From: Corallococcus exiguus
GTDB taxonomy: Bacteria > Myxococcota > Myxococcia > Myxococcales > Myxococcaceae
NCBI RefSeq assembly: GCF_009909105.1
Contig: NZ_JAAAPK010000002.1
Coordinates: 413,827 to 477,826, forward strand
Direction of reading: 5' to 3'
Length of the DNA: 64,000 bases
Shown: piece after piece, positions 9,495 to 20,385 of the stretch
Layout of the letters: every line of letters begins with the position of its first letter
Numbering within the stretch: the first letter of the stretch is position 1
Program-made: the position numbers and the translations under genes
The notes under the pieces: generated by a model
Told to the model about the DNA's origin: nothing
What the model saw: the letters and a program-made list of their open reading frames with translations, nothing else
Databases searched by the model: none

Positions 9495-9576
9495 AGCGGC
9501 ACCTGACACACCTGAAATGAAGAAGGCCCTCCGGCACGTGACGCGCCGGGGGGCCTTTTCCTTTTCGGGCCTGAGC

Positions 9577-10032
9577 CTAGTCGCCTTCGCGCACGCCGAT
9601 GGCGAGCTGCGCGAGGCCGGCCTTCTTCGCCAGCTCCATCACCTGCACCACGGTGCCGTGGGGGACGCCTTCGTCCGCCTGAACAATCACCACGGTGTCG
9701 GGGTTCTGGTTCTTCGCGTTGTCGAAGGCCTGCTTCAGCTCCGCCTCCGCGACGACGTTGCCCGCGAGCACGAAGCGTCCGTCCGCCAGCACCGCCACGG
9801 ACAGGTCCGTGGTGCGCGCGGTGACGTCCGCGGCGCCGCCCTTGGGCAGGTTCACCTTGAGGCCCGCCTTCGCGCCGCCGCCCGGGCCCTGCTGGGTGAT
9901 GACCGAGCTGGTCACCATGAAGATGATGAGCAGCACGAGCATCACGTCCGTCAGCGGCGTGATGTTGATCTCCGCGAAGCCCGCGCCCTCCACCTCGTCA
10001 TCGCCCGAGCCGGGCGTCTTTCCCATGGCCAT
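9577..10032 (-). CDS. exbD: ExbD/TolR biopolymer transport protein
   Basis: Single TM segment (ITPLTDVMLVLLIIFMV) followed by a periplasmic domain. Paired with an upstream ExbB gene. Confidence 0.8.
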   Translation of the reverse strand: MAMGKTPGSGDDEVEGAGFAEINITPLTDVMLVLLIIFMVTSSVITQQGPGGGAKAGLKVNLPKGGAADVTARTTDLSVAVLADGRFVLAGNVVAEAELKQAFDNAKNQNPDTVVIVQADEGVPHGTVVQVMELAKKAGLAQLAIGVREGD

Positions 10033-10047
10033 GGTGGGCGTGTCTCC

Positions 10048-10779
10048 TTACGAGGCGGGCTGCGGATCCGGGCGGGCCGCCGGGGGCGTGGTGCTTTCGC
10101 GCGGGGGCGGCGTGGTGTCCGGCAGCGGGCCGCCGGCCGAGCGCTCCTTGAGCACCTCCGCGAACTCGTCGCCCAACAGGCGCAGCTCCACCAGCACGCG
10201 GGACAGCCGAGCCTGGAAGTAGTTGTAGAAGACCATCGCCTGCACGGCGACGAGGATGCCCACGGCGGTGGCGACGAGCGCTTCGGAGATGCCCGTCATC
10301 ACGGCGGCGGAGCCGCCAGTGCCGCCGGCCTCCACGTCCACGCCCAGGTCCTTGAAGGAGCGCATGATGCCGGCCACGGTGCCGAAGAGGCCCACGAAGG
10401 GCGTCGTCGAACCGATGGTGGCGAGCAGCCACAGGTTGCGCCGCAGCTTGAGCCCCACCTGGGCGCGCTCGCGCTCCACGGCGGACTCGATGCCGTTGCC
10501 GCCAGTGGAGCGGGAGCGCTCCCAGCGGTCGAACCCGGCGAGGAAGATGTCGGCCGCCACGGCGTCGGAGCGCTCGGCGGCGGTGCGGGCGGCGGCCACG
10601 TCACCCCGGAGGAGGTGCTTCTGGACGATTTCGCCCAGGTTGCGGGAGCGCTCGCTCACGCCCCAGAGGGCGATGAGCCGCTCGATGGCCACGCCCAGGG
10701 CCACCACGGAGGCGCCCAGGAGGAGGGCGAGGGTGACGCCGCCCAGGCGAAGGTAATGAAGTAGATCGTTCAGGCTCAT
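10048..10779 (-). CDS. exbB: MotA/TolQ/ExbB proton-channel protein
   Basis: Three TM segments and TIGSTTPFVGLFGTVAGIMRSF, a TolQ/ExbB signature. Confidence 0.8.
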   Translation of the reverse strand: MSLNDLLHYLRLGGVTLALLLGASVVALGVAIERLIALWGVSERSRNLGEIVQKHLLRGDVAAARTAAERSDAVAADIFLAGFDRWERSRSTGGNGIESAVERERAQVGLKLRRNLWLLATIGSTTPFVGLFGTVAGIMRSFKDLGVDVEAGGTGGSAAVMTGISEALVATAVGILVAVQAMVFYNYFQARLSRVLVELRLLGDEFAEVLKERSAGGPLPDTTPPPRESTTPPAARPDPQPAS

Positions 10780-10821
10780 GATGGATGACCGGGCAGGCGG
10801 CCCTGGCTCACACTAGGACAT

Positions 10822-11652
10822 ATGAACCGCGCAGCCGCCGCAATCTTCCTGGCCCTCCTCTGTTCGGCCTGCCCCAAACGTCTCGAGTTCGGTCCGGAGG
10901 GCCGCATCGAGGACGCCCAGACGCTCTACCAGCACGTGCGCGAGCGGCAGGCGAAGGTGGTGACCCTGGAGGGTGACGCCAAGCTGCACGTGGACTCGCC
11001 CCAGGGCAGTGGAACGCTCTCCACGTATCTCTCCATCACCCGGCCGGCCCTCATCCACCTGGAGACGTACGACTTCTTCAACCGCCCGGTGGCCTCGCTC
11101 GTCTCCGATGGCGAGCGCTTCGGGGTCTACCAGGCGGGGGAGAACACGTACCTCCAGGGCCCGGCGAGCGCGGAGAACGTGTCCCGCTTCCTTCCTGTCG
11201 TCCTGCCGAGCGAGGAGCTGGTGGCGGTGATGCTGGGGCAGGTCCCCCTCCTGCCGCCGGAGTCCATGACCCTGGATCTGGACGAGAAGGAGCGGGTGTA
11301 CGTGCTCAAGCTCCAGCGGGGGCCCGCGACGCAGACACTGCGCGTGGATCCCAAGCACCTGCGCGTGGTGAAGAGCGAGGTCCGGGGCGTGCCGGGCTAC
11401 GACCTGGCGTTCGAGGACTTCCAGCAGCGGGGCGACCAATTCTTCCCGGGCAAGGTGCACCTCATCGCCGCCACGGCGGACACGAAGCTGGACCTGAAGT
11501 ACACGGACATCCGCCTCAACGGCCGCCCGGACCTGACGCTCTACGAACTGGGCGCGCCCCAGGGGGCGAAGGTGGTGGACGTCGACGCGCGGGGCCAGGA
11601 GGTCCGCTCGGAGGGGGCGGTGTCCCAGCCGCCCCCCGCGCCGGGTTCCTGA
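10822..11652 (+). CDS. Outer-membrane lipoprotein, LolB-like (DUF4292-like)
   Basis: Signal peptide plus lipobox (LALLCSAC). The size and beta-rich composition suggest LolB-like proteins. Confidence 0.55.
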   Translation: MNRAAAAIFLALLCSACPKRLEFGPEGRIEDAQTLYQHVRERQAKVVTLEGDAKLHVDSPQGSGTLSTYLSITRPALIHLETYDFFNRPVASLVSDGERFGVYQAGENTYLQGPASAENVSRFLPVVLPSEELVAVMLGQVPLLPPESMTLDLDEKERVYVLKLQRGPATQTLRVDPKHLRVVKSEVRGVPGYDLAFEDFQQRGDQFFPGKVHLIAATADTKLDLKYTDIRLNGRPDLTLYELGAPQGAKVVDVDARGQEVRSEGAVSQPPPAPGS

Positions 11653-11711
11653 GCTTCCAGGCGTCGAAAGGCAGCGTCCCGGCGCAAACCGGGTACTATG
11701 GCGCGCACGAC

Positions 11712-12461
11712 ATGGCACAGATCAAGCTTGGAGAACTGCTGATCAAGGCGAACGTCCTGCAGGAGAGCCAGCTCAAGGCGGCGCTCGCCGAGCAGGCCAA
11801 GTGGGGCGGGAAGCTGGGCGAGATCCTCGTCCGGATGAACCTCGTCTCCGAGGACATCCTCGTGCGCGCCTTGTCGAAGCAGCTGGGCATGCCGGCGGTG
11901 AACCTGGACTCCGTGCAGATGGTGCCGCCGCACGTGAAGGCCAAGATTCCTGCGCAGACGGCGCGCGACTTCTCTGTCGTCCCGCTGCAACTGCGCGACG
12001 ACGGCAAGACGCTGGTGGTCGCCATGTCGGACCCGCTCAACGTGCGGGTGCTGGACGAGCTGCGGGCCCTGTCCAAGTGCCGCATCGTGGCCAACGTGGC
12101 CGGGCGCACCTCCGTGGCGCGGGCGTTCGCGCGCCTCTACGAGGAGACGGCGGAGCTGGAGGACGCGGACACCAACTTCAAGGTGGTGGACGCGCAGGGC
12201 CGCACCGTCGTGAAGAACCTCAAGGACCTGGACCCGGCCGCCGCCGTCGCCATGTCCCCCAAGCCCGCCGCCGCGCCGCCTCCCCGCCAGGCCCCCCCGC
12301 CGGAGGCGCCTCGCGCGGCCTCAGGCAGCCCCTCGGAGCTGCTCAAGAGCGTGGAGGATGTCCAGCGCAAGGAAGTCGCGGCGCTGAAGGCCATGGTCGA
12401 GCTGCTCATCGAGAAGGGCGTTTTCTCCCGCGAGGAATACCTCGCCAAGGTCAAGCGGTAG
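11712..12461 (+). CDS. Stand-alone T2SS-E N-terminal (MshEN/GSPII_E_N) domain protein
   Basis: KLGELLIKANVLQESQLKAALAEQ...KLGEILVRMNLVSEDILVRALSKQLGMP, the tandem signature of MshEN domains. Confidence 0.7.
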   Translation: MAQIKLGELLIKANVLQESQLKAALAEQAKWGGKLGEILVRMNLVSEDILVRALSKQLGMPAVNLDSVQMVPPHVKAKIPAQTARDFSVVPLQLRDDGKTLVVAMSDPLNVRVLDELRALSKCRIVANVAGRTSVARAFARLYEETAELEDADTNFKVVDAQGRTVVKNLKDLDPAAAVAMSPKPAAAPPPRQAPPPEAPRAASGSPSELLKSVEDVQRKEVAALKAMVELLIEKGVFSREEYLAKVKR

Positions 12462-12470
12462 CCCCCGGCC

Positions 12471-13477
12471 ATGCGCAAGAAGATTGGTGAACTCCTCGTC
12501 CAGGCCGGAGTGGTGACGGACGAGCAGGTGAAGCAGGCCCTCGCGTCCGGACGGCGCGGCCAGGGCCGCAAGCTGGGTGAGGTGCTGGTGTCCATGGGCC
12601 TGTGCACGGGCCGGGACATCGCGCGGGCGCTGGCGGCGCAGCACGAGCTGCCGTTCGTGGAGATCCCCGAGTACATCCCGCATGCGGTGTCCTCGCTGGT
12701 GTCCATGGACTTCCAGACCGAGCACCGGGTGCTCCTCTTCGCTGCGGAGCAGGACGGCCGCAGCGAGAAGATCCACGTCGCGGTGGAAGACCCGGGCAAC
12801 CTGATGCTCGTGGACGAGCTACGCTTCCAGTTGCGCAAGCCGCTCAAGGTGTTCGTCGTAGCGCCGGACGATCTGGAGCAGGCGCTCGCGCGCGGCCGGG
12901 GCGAGCCCCTGGACATCGTGGAGGCTGAACCGATGGACATGGACGAGGACGATTCGCCGGACATCCTGCCGCCGCCCCCTCCCTCGGCCGCGCGCCCGCC
13001 TCCGCCGCCGCGCCCGCCCGCGCCGCCGACGCTGGACTGGGACCTGCCGCCGCCTCCGCCGCACGACGGCGACGCGTCCGCCGACGGCGCGGAGGTGCTG
13101 GAGGACATCCTGGGCTCCACGCCCCGTCCCAAGGTCCCCAAGGCCCCGCGTCCGCCGCCTCCTCCCGCCGCTGCCCGTCCGCCGCCTCCTCCGCCTCCCG
13201 CGGAGCCGGAGGACCCGAGCAAGCCGCGCGTGCCGGTGGTGCTCTTCGGCGGCGCCGCGCAGGGCGTGAAGCCGTCCGTGGCGCTCACGCCCAAGCCGGA
13301 CTTCTCCGAGGAGGACCTGGCGGTGCTGGACGACATCGACCGCATCTCGCGCGGCGAAGAGGCCAGCCTGGACACGGAGAAGGTGAAGCCCGCGCGCATG
13401 GTCGCGAGCCTCATCCGCCTGCTCATCCGCAAGGGGCTCATCCAGGAGGCGGAGTTCCTGGAGGAGCTGGCCCAGAA

Positions 13478-13481
<4 letters not shown>
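12471..13481 (+). CDS. Second MshEN (T2SS-E N-terminal) domain protein with a polyproline-rich C-terminal region
   Basis: [21 protein letters not shown]...[29 protein letters not shown], followed by [20 protein letters not shown]...[23 protein letters not shown]. Confidence 0.7.
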
Positions 13482-14505
<1,024 letters not shown>

Positions 14506-14509
<4 letters not shown>

Positions 14510-15561
14510 GCGAACCGCTGGTCCAGGTGCGCGACCTGAAGGTGCACTTCCCGGTGAAGGGCGGCTTGTTGGGCCGCACGCGCGGCACGGTGCGCGCGGT
14601 GGACGGCGTGTCCTTCGACGTCGCCCGGGGCGAGACGCTGGGCCTGGTAGGGGAGAGCGGCTGCGGCAAGAGCACCCTGGGGCGCGCGGTGCTGCGCCTC
14701 ATCGACCCGACCTCCGGCTCCATCCGCGTGGCCGGGCGTGAGCTGACCGGCCTGTCGCAGCGCGAACTGCGACCGCTGCGCCGCCAGATGCAGCTCGTCT
14801 TCCAGGATCCGTACGCGTCGCTCAACCCGCGCATGACGGTGGGGGACATCCTCGCGGAGCCCTTCGCCATCCACGGGCTCGTGAAGGGCAAGGCTCGCGA
14901 GGACGAGGTGCTGGCGCTGCTCGACGCCATGGGGCTGCCCCGCGAGGCGCGGCACCGCTACCCGCACGAGTTCTCCGGCGGCCAGCGTCAACGCATTGGG
15001 ATTGCACGTGCCATCGCGTTGCGTCCGGAGCTGGTGGTGGCGGACGAGCCCATCAGCGCGCTGGACGTCTCCATCCAGGCGCAGATCGTCAACCTGCTGG
15101 TGGACCTGCAGCGCGAGCGCGGGCTCACCTACGTCTTCATCGCGCACGACCTGAAGATTGTTGAGTACGTGTCCACGCGCGTGGCGGTGATGTACCTGGG
15201 CCGCATCGTGGAGGTGGCGCCGTCCCGGTCGCTGTACGCAGGACCGCGCCATCCGTACACGCAGGCGCTGCTGTCCGCGGTGCCCGTGCCGGATCCGGAG
15301 CGTCCCCCCACGCGGCTGCTGCTGCCGGGAGAGCCGCCTTCGCCCCTGTCGCCGCCGACCGGCTGCGCGTTCCATCCGCGCTGCCCGCATGTGATGGAGC
15401 GCTGCCGGCGCGAGTCACCCCCACTGTATCCCCTGGGTGGAGGCCACGCCGCGGCGTGCTTCCTGGCCGAAGGGGATTCGCGCAACGTGCAGGAAGGGCC
15501 CGCTGTTTCCACGTCCGGAGGAGGTGCCGGTGTTCTGGCTCAGCCATCATCACCCGGATGA
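14506..15561 (+). CDS. ABC transporter ATP-binding protein, DppF/OppF-like
   Basis: True start ATG 14506 ([11 protein letters not shown]); the track start at 14026 is an extension. Contains [20 protein letters not shown] and [12 protein letters not shown]. Confidence 0.85.
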
Positions 15562-15937
15562 GTACAACCGCACGTACGTGCTCGCGGGCGTGCGCGTGTG
15601 CGCGCGGTGCCTGGGCACGTACCCGGTGCTCGCGGGCGTGTTCCTCGCGCTGTTCGCGCTGAAGGCGCCGCTCCAGTGGGAGTGGGACGTGCCGGTGGTG
15701 CTGGGGCTCACGCTTCCCGCGCTCGTGGACTGGGCGGTGGGACGCTTCCGGCCCGCCTCGGGTTCCAACGCGGTGCGCACGCTGACGGGCATCCTGTTGG
15801 GAGTGGGGCTCGGCCGCTCGCTGTACGTGCACGTGCAGCGCCCACTGCCGGCGGTATTACTTGCGCAGGCACTTCTGGTGACAGGGGTGGCGGTCCCTGT
15901 CATTCTCGCCACTTACCGGCGGCCACGGCCGGAATAG
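15530..15937 (+). CDS. Small polytopic membrane protein, DUF2085-like
   Basis: GTG at 15530 preceded by GGAGG. CxxC (VCARCLG) followed by several hydrophobic helices. The track start at 15437 overlaps the C-terminus of the preceding ABC gene. Confidence 0.45.
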   Translation: MFWLSHHHPDEYNRTYVLAGVRVCARCLGTYPVLAGVFLALFALKAPLQWEWDVPVVLGLTLPALVDWAVGRFRPASGSNAVRTLTGILLGVGLGRSLYVHVQRPLPAVLLAQALLVTGVAVPVILATYRRPRPE

Positions 15938-15968
15938 ACCTTTCGCGCACGGCTGTCCGTTACAGGCC

Positions 15969-16649
15969 TTGGGCGGTGAAGGGGATGGCACCCGTGGCTT
16001 CATGGGCACTGGGGGAAGTTTGGCACCCGAAACCTCAGACGAGCAGCTGATGCTCGCCTTCCAGGCGGGAAACGCGCGTGCGTTCGATGCGTTGGTGCGC
16101 AAGCACCGCGCGCCGGTGTTCAACTTCATCCTGCGCTTCGTGGGGCACCGGGCGCGAGCGGAGGACGTGCTGCAGGAGACCTGGCTCAAGGTGGTCCGTA
16201 GCGCCCGGGAATACGAGCCCAAGGCCCGGTTCACGACCTGGCTGTACACCATCGCGAGGAACCTCTGCGTGGACAGCACGCGCAAAGAGAGCTACCGCCA
16301 GACGACGTCCCTGGAAGCCCCCTCGGCCGGTGCCGACGGCGACGAGGGACGTCCGTTGGGCGAGGGGCTGCCGGACGCCGGGGCCAGCCCGGAGCGCGGC
16401 GCGCACAACGCCCGCCTCCGGCCCCTGCTGGAGCGGGCCCTGTCCGCCCTGCCGGAGGAGCAGCGCGAGGTGTTCGTGCTGCGCGAGTACAGCGGCATCC
16501 CGTTCAAGGAGATCGCCGAGGTGACAGGCGTGTCCGAGAACACGGTGAAGAGCCGCATGCGCTACGCGTTGGAGGGCCTGCGCCGCCGCCTGGGTGAGCT
16601 GGGCGTGGACGGCGACCTGTCGGAGGATGGAAGGACGGTGGCGGGATGA
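15969..16649 (+). CDS. ECF-type RNA polymerase sigma-70 family factor
   Basis: Region 2 (FDALVRKHRAPVFNFILRFVGHRARAEDVLQETWLKV) and region 4 (EVFVLREYSGIPFKEIAEVTGVSENTVKSRMRYAL). Confidence 0.85.
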   Translation: MGGEGDGTRGFMGTGGSLAPETSDEQLMLAFQAGNARAFDALVRKHRAPVFNFILRFVGHRARAEDVLQETWLKVVRSAREYEPKARFTTWLYTIARNLCVDSTRKESYRQTTSLEAPSAGADGDEGRPLGEGLPDAGASPERGAHNARLRPLLERALSALPEEQREVFVLREYSGIPFKEIAEVTGVSENTVKSRMRYALEGLRRRLGELGVDGDLSEDGRTVAG

Positions 16650-18076
16650 GTGCCCAGAATGCCCACGCGCACGAGGACCGGCTCCTCGACTTCGCCTACG
16701 GCGAGCTGCCTGCGTCGGAGGCCCATGTGCTGGAGCAGCACGTCCAGGGCTGTGCGCGCTGCACGAAGGCGCTGGCGGACATCCGCGGCGTGCGCACCAC
16801 CATGGCGCAGCTGTCGTCGGAGCCCGCGCCGGACGCCGGCCTGGAGTCGCTGCTCGCGTACGCGCAGCAGTCCGCGCGCCGAGCCGCCGCGGGCCCCGAG
16901 CCGAAGCCCTCGCGCTGGCGCCGCTTCCTGCTGCCCGCGGTGGGCCTGGCCACGGTGGGCACCTTCGGCCTCCTGACGTTGACGGTGAGCGAGAACCTGG
17001 ACCTGGCGCCGAACCTGTCGCAGCGGGCTCCCAGCCCGACGATGGCCGCGGCGAAGCAGGAGTCGCCGCCGCGGGAGAAGCGCGCCCCGAGCGCCCTGGC
17101 CCCCGCTCCTTCGAGCGCGACCCTCGAAGTGGACGTGCCCGAGGGTGCCTCGGACGAACTGGCGGCCGCGCCCGCGCCGGACGTGATGAAGAACCAGGTG
17201 GAGGCCAAGGTGCAGCGCAAGGGCACCGCCGCGGCCCGTCCGTCCGACTGGATGAACTCGGGCAGTGGTGGCGCGCTGCTGGAGCGCCGCGCGGAACCCG
17301 AGGCTCCCAAGAAGAAGATGTCCAAGGCCGTCCGGGACGCGGACGACGAGTTCGCCGCGCTCTCGCAGGCGACGGCCGGGGTGGCCGAGCAGGAGGCGCC
17401 TCCGAAGGAAGAGCAGGCCAACGACGGCTCCCTCGCGAAGGATGAGCCCGCGGCGCGGCGCTCCTCGGGAAAGCTCAGCGACAAGGCCATGGGCGCGAAG
17501 GGCGACTCCCTGCGGCTGGGTGAAGCGGCCTATGGCCGTGGGCTCAGGACGGATGACGACCAGGGAGTGGCCGCGGGCGCGGCTCCGCCGCCTCCTGCCG
17601 TGGCCTCCGCGCCCGTGGTCCAGGCCGTGCCCATGGCCCCCGCCGCCGTGGGCTCCATCGGCGGTGCGACGCCTCCGTCCACGCCCAAGCGGGAGTCCGC
17701 CCAGGCCCAGGCCGCGAAGCCTGCCTCCGCGGAGAAGTCCGCCGCCAAGGAAGCGATGACGGCGCGCGACCTGTCCGCCCAGGCCCAGGCCGCGGCGAAC
17801 CAGGGTGACCGCGCCCGGGAGGCCCAGCTGCTGCGCGCCGCGCTCGCGGCTGGAGCCAGCGGCAGCGAGCGGCTGGCCCTGCTCTCACGGCTCTGCGAGT
17901 CGGAGTCCGTCCAGGGCCGGACCCAGGAGGCCGCCGCCGTCTGCGGGCAGATCGTCACCGAGGCCCCCGGCTCCAGCGCGGCGCAGTTGGCCCAGCGCCG
18001 CCTGCGTCAGGCCTCGCCCGCCACGGCTCCGGAGTCTGATCCGGCCAGGGCCGCCCCTTCCCAGCCCGCGCAGTAG
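16646..18076 (+). CDS. Anti-sigma factor: zinc-finger N-terminus, TM segment, long disordered Ala/Pro-rich region and a C-terminal TPR-like segment
   Basis: Overlaps the sigma gene stop. HVLEQHVQGCARCTKAL (HxxxCxxC anti-sigma motif), then a TM helix (FLLPAVGLATVGTFGLLTL). Confidence 0.7.
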   Translation: MSAQNAHAHEDRLLDFAYGELPASEAHVLEQHVQGCARCTKALADIRGVRTTMAQLSSEPAPDAGLESLLAYAQQSARRAAAGPEPKPSRWRRFLLPAVGLATVGTFGLLTLTVSENLDLAPNLSQRAPSPTMAAAKQESPPREKRAPSALAPAPSSATLEVDVPEGASDELAAAPAPDVMKNQVEAKVQRKGTAAARPSDWMNSGSGGALLERRAEPEAPKKKMSKAVRDADDEFAALSQATAGVAEQEAPPKEEQANDGSLAKDEPAARRSSGKLSDKAMGAKGDSLRLGEAAYGRGLRTDDDQGVAAGAAPPPPAVASAPVVQAVPMAPAAVGSIGGATPPSTPKRESAQAQAAKPASAEKSAAKEAMTARDLSAQAQAAANQGDRAREAQLLRAALAAGASGSERLALLSRLCESESVQGRTQEAAAVCGQIVTEAPGSSAAQLAQRRLRQASPATAPESDPARAAPSQPAQ

Positions 18077-18094
18077 GGGAGGGCGGCAGTCCAC

Positions 18095-18397
18095 ATGACC
18101 GATGCTTCCGGGGCCTGGGTCCTGGATAATGGGAGCATGACGTCGGACGTGCACGCTCCCCCCGTGAACAGCCCCCGGAAGTCGCCGCCGCGCTCCCCGC
18201 GCCGGGCCCGCCGTGGCCAGGCCATGGTGGAGTACTCGATGATCAACTGGGTGTTGATCGTCGGGCTCGTCGTTGGCGCCACGGTGAAGATCCGCTGGAC
18301 GGACGACCGGCAGACCAACGTCATCGACCTGTTCCTCGAGGCGTACCAGATCTACTACGACTCGTTTTACTTCGTGCTGAACCTGCCGTTCCCCTGA
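18095..18397 (+). CDS. Flp/Fap-family type IVb prepilin with an unusually long leader
   Basis: RRARRGQAMVEYSMINWVLIVGLVVGATV matches the Flp prepilin G/xxxxEY processing motif plus a hydrophobic stem. It lies immediately upstream of cpaB-tadB-tadC. The true start may be an internal ATG. Confidence 0.65.
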   Translation: MTDASGAWVLDNGSMTSDVHAPPVNSPRKSPPRSPRRARRGQAMVEYSMINWVLIVGLVVGATVKIRWTDDRQTNVIDLFLEAYQIYYDSFYFVLNLPFP

Positions 18398-18509
18398 GGG
18401 ACGGAAGGCCGCGGATCAACTCACTGCGTCGAGCCGTCCTCCCCCCTGGGCGGACAGGCTCCGCGAGCTCCGGGCGTCCCGGGATTCCGCTTTGTCACGA
18501 GAGGTGGTT

Positions 18510-18539
18510 TTGACACCTGCTCTGGGGCATGGCTAACAT
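18510..18539 (+). promoter_or_regulatory. Candidate sigma-70-type promoter upstream of cpaB
   Basis: TTGACA (18510-18515), an 18-nt spacer, then TAACAT (18534-18539), about 90 nt upstream of the cpaB start. Confidence 0.25.
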
Positions 18540-18629
18540 CTTGCCTCGTTCGCGCCCTGGCATCGCCCCCTCGTCCAAAGCAGTCCTGCCGCCACGACGG
18601 CGCCCCACCGTTCTGGAGGACTTTGAACC

Positions 18630-19448
18630 ATGTTGAAGGGTAAGACCCCACTCGTCGTCGCACTGGTGCTCGGTTTGCTCGCGGGCATCGTGGCCTACTC
18701 GGCCATCAAGAAGAAGGAATCCGATGTGCGCCGCGGGTGGAACCTGGTTCCCGTGGTGGTGGCGGGCCAGGACATGCCCGAGGGCTCGGTCATCACGTAC
18801 GAGATGATCTCCCAGCGCTCGGTGCCGGAGCAGTTCGTCACCTCGTCGGTGGTGAAGCCGGACTCCGCCAACTACATCGTGAACCAGAAGGTGCTGGTGG
18901 CGCTGCAGGCCGGCGACCCCATCCTCTGGAGCCAGTTCGAGACGACGAAGGCCGCCGAGCGCCTGTCCACGAAGGTGCAGAAGAAGGCGCGCGCCATCAC
19001 CATCGAGGCGAAGCAGACCACGTCCGTGGGCGGGTGGATTCGCCCGAACGACCACGTGGACATCATCGGCACGTTCCGCGATCCGCAGACGGACGAGAGC
19101 GTCGCGGTGACGCTGCTGCAGAACATCATCGTGGTCGCCACGGGTAAGATCACCGGCACCACGAACATCAACCTCATCCCGGAGAACCAGCGCGAGTACT
19201 CCAACGTCTCGCTGATGGTGCTGCCAGAAGAGGCGGAGATCCTGGTGCTGGCGGCGGAACTGGGCCAGCTGACGTTGTCCCTGCGCAACGAGGACGACGT
19301 GGACCTCATCGAGGAGCGTGGCCGCGCGACCATCAGCACGCTGCTCTCCGGTGAACGCACCCGTGTGCTGGAGCAGAAGCGCCGGGAGATCATCCAGATC
19401 ATCAAGGGCAGTGGCGGCGGCGAGAAGGCCTCGGCCGGCTCTCCGTAG
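18630..19448 (+). CDS. cpaB: Flp pilus assembly protein CpaB/RcpC
   Basis: N-terminal TM segment, then a SAF/CpaB-type domain (VPVVVAGQDMPEGSVIT...). Gene order is pilin-cpaB-tadB-tadC. Confidence 0.8.
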   Translation: MLKGKTPLVVALVLGLLAGIVAYSAIKKKESDVRRGWNLVPVVVAGQDMPEGSVITYEMISQRSVPEQFVTSSVVKPDSANYIVNQKVLVALQAGDPILWSQFETTKAAERLSTKVQKKARAITIEAKQTTSVGGWIRPNDHVDIIGTFRDPQTDESVAVTLLQNIIVVATGKITGTTNINLIPENQREYSNVSLMVLPEEAEILVLAAELGQLTLSLRNEDDVDLIEERGRATISTLLSGERTRVLEQKRREIIQIIKGSGGGEKASAGSP

Positions 19449-19526
19449 TCCTGCGCGCGGGGCCGCTTCGCTCACGGCTGAAGCGGCCCTGCCGACCCCT
19501 CCCTCATCCCCCGGGGATTCGCGCCC

Positions 19527-20372
19527 ATGCTCGCAGGTATCGTCCTCCTTCTCGTCACCGGCTCGGTGTTCTTCTTCAGCCTGGTGATCTTCAGCGTCCT
19601 GTCGAAGGCGTATGAGCAGTACCAGGAGCGGTACGTCGCCAAGTCGATGAACGACTTGAGCGACATGTTCCTCTTCATCGACGCGCGGCAGATGTTGATC
19701 CTCAACATCGCCTGCATGTGCCTCCTGGGCATCCTCAGCTACATCGTCTTCAACCCCATCCTCGCGGTGCTCGCGACCATCTTCGGCTTCTTCCTGCCGA
19801 TGCTGCTCGTGAAGCACTACCGCAAGCGCCGCATCAAGAAGTTCAACGTGCAGCTGGTGGATGCGCTGCAGGCCATGGCCAACGCGTTCAAGGCGGGCCT
19901 CACGTTCCCCCAGGCCATCGAGCACGTGGCGCGCGAAGCGATGCCGCCCCTGTCCCAGGAGTTCGGCCTCTTCGTGAAGGAAGTGAAGCTGGGCGTGCCG
20001 CTGGAAGAAGCGCTCGTCAACATGGGCAAGCGCGTGGGCAGCGACGACCTGGAGCTGGTGGTGGTGTCCACCAACATCGCGCGCCAGCTGGGCGGCAACA
20101 TGGCGGAGATGTTCGAGACCATCTCCACGGTGATCCGCGAGCGCTTCCGTCTGGAAGGCAAGATCGACGCGCTGACCTCCCAGGGCAAGCTTCAAGGGTG
20201 GATCGTCGCGGCCATGCCGGCGGTGCTGGGCATGGTTCTCAACTACATGCGTCCGGACCTGATGGAGCCGATGATGAACCACATCTTCGGCTACATCCTG
20301 GTGACCATCATCGCCATCATGGAGATCATGGGCATCCTCATCATCCGGCGCATCGTCAACATCGACATCTGA
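19527..20372 (+). CDS. tadB: Tad/Flp pilus inner-membrane platform protein TadB (T2SS-F domain)
   Basis: GspF-like domain with flanking TM helices. Confidence 0.8.
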   Translation: MLAGIVLLLVTGSVFFFSLVIFSVLSKAYEQYQERYVAKSMNDLSDMFLFIDARQMLILNIACMCLLGILSYIVFNPILAVLATIFGFFLPMLLVKHYRKRRIKKFNVQLVDALQAMANAFKAGLTFPQAIEHVAREAMPPLSQEFGLFVKEVKLGVPLEEALVNMGKRVGSDDLELVVVSTNIARQLGGNMAEMFETISTVIRERFRLEGKIDALTSQGKLQGWIVAAMPAVLGMVLNYMRPDLMEPMMNHIFGYILVTIIAIMEIMGILIIRRIVNIDI

Positions 20373-20385
20373 AACGAGGCGCACC

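Noticed and set aside
7572-9509. The 645-aa minus-strand ORF antisense to the acyl-CoA dehydrogenase
   Set aside because: Exact antisense of a gene with strong family motifs; Arg/His/Gly-rich translation. The same reasoning applies to 12137..14491(-), 21697..23550(-), 24299..26212(-), 26323..27903(-), 36764..38491(-), 45032..46594(+), 47018..48949(-), 50250..51671(+) and similar ORFs.
18480-18545. Sigma-54 (-24/-12) promoter upstream of cpaB
   Set aside because: GG and GC elements are present (tGGCatggctaacatcTTGCc), but the spacing is off by one or more nucleotides from the GG-N10-GC rule.
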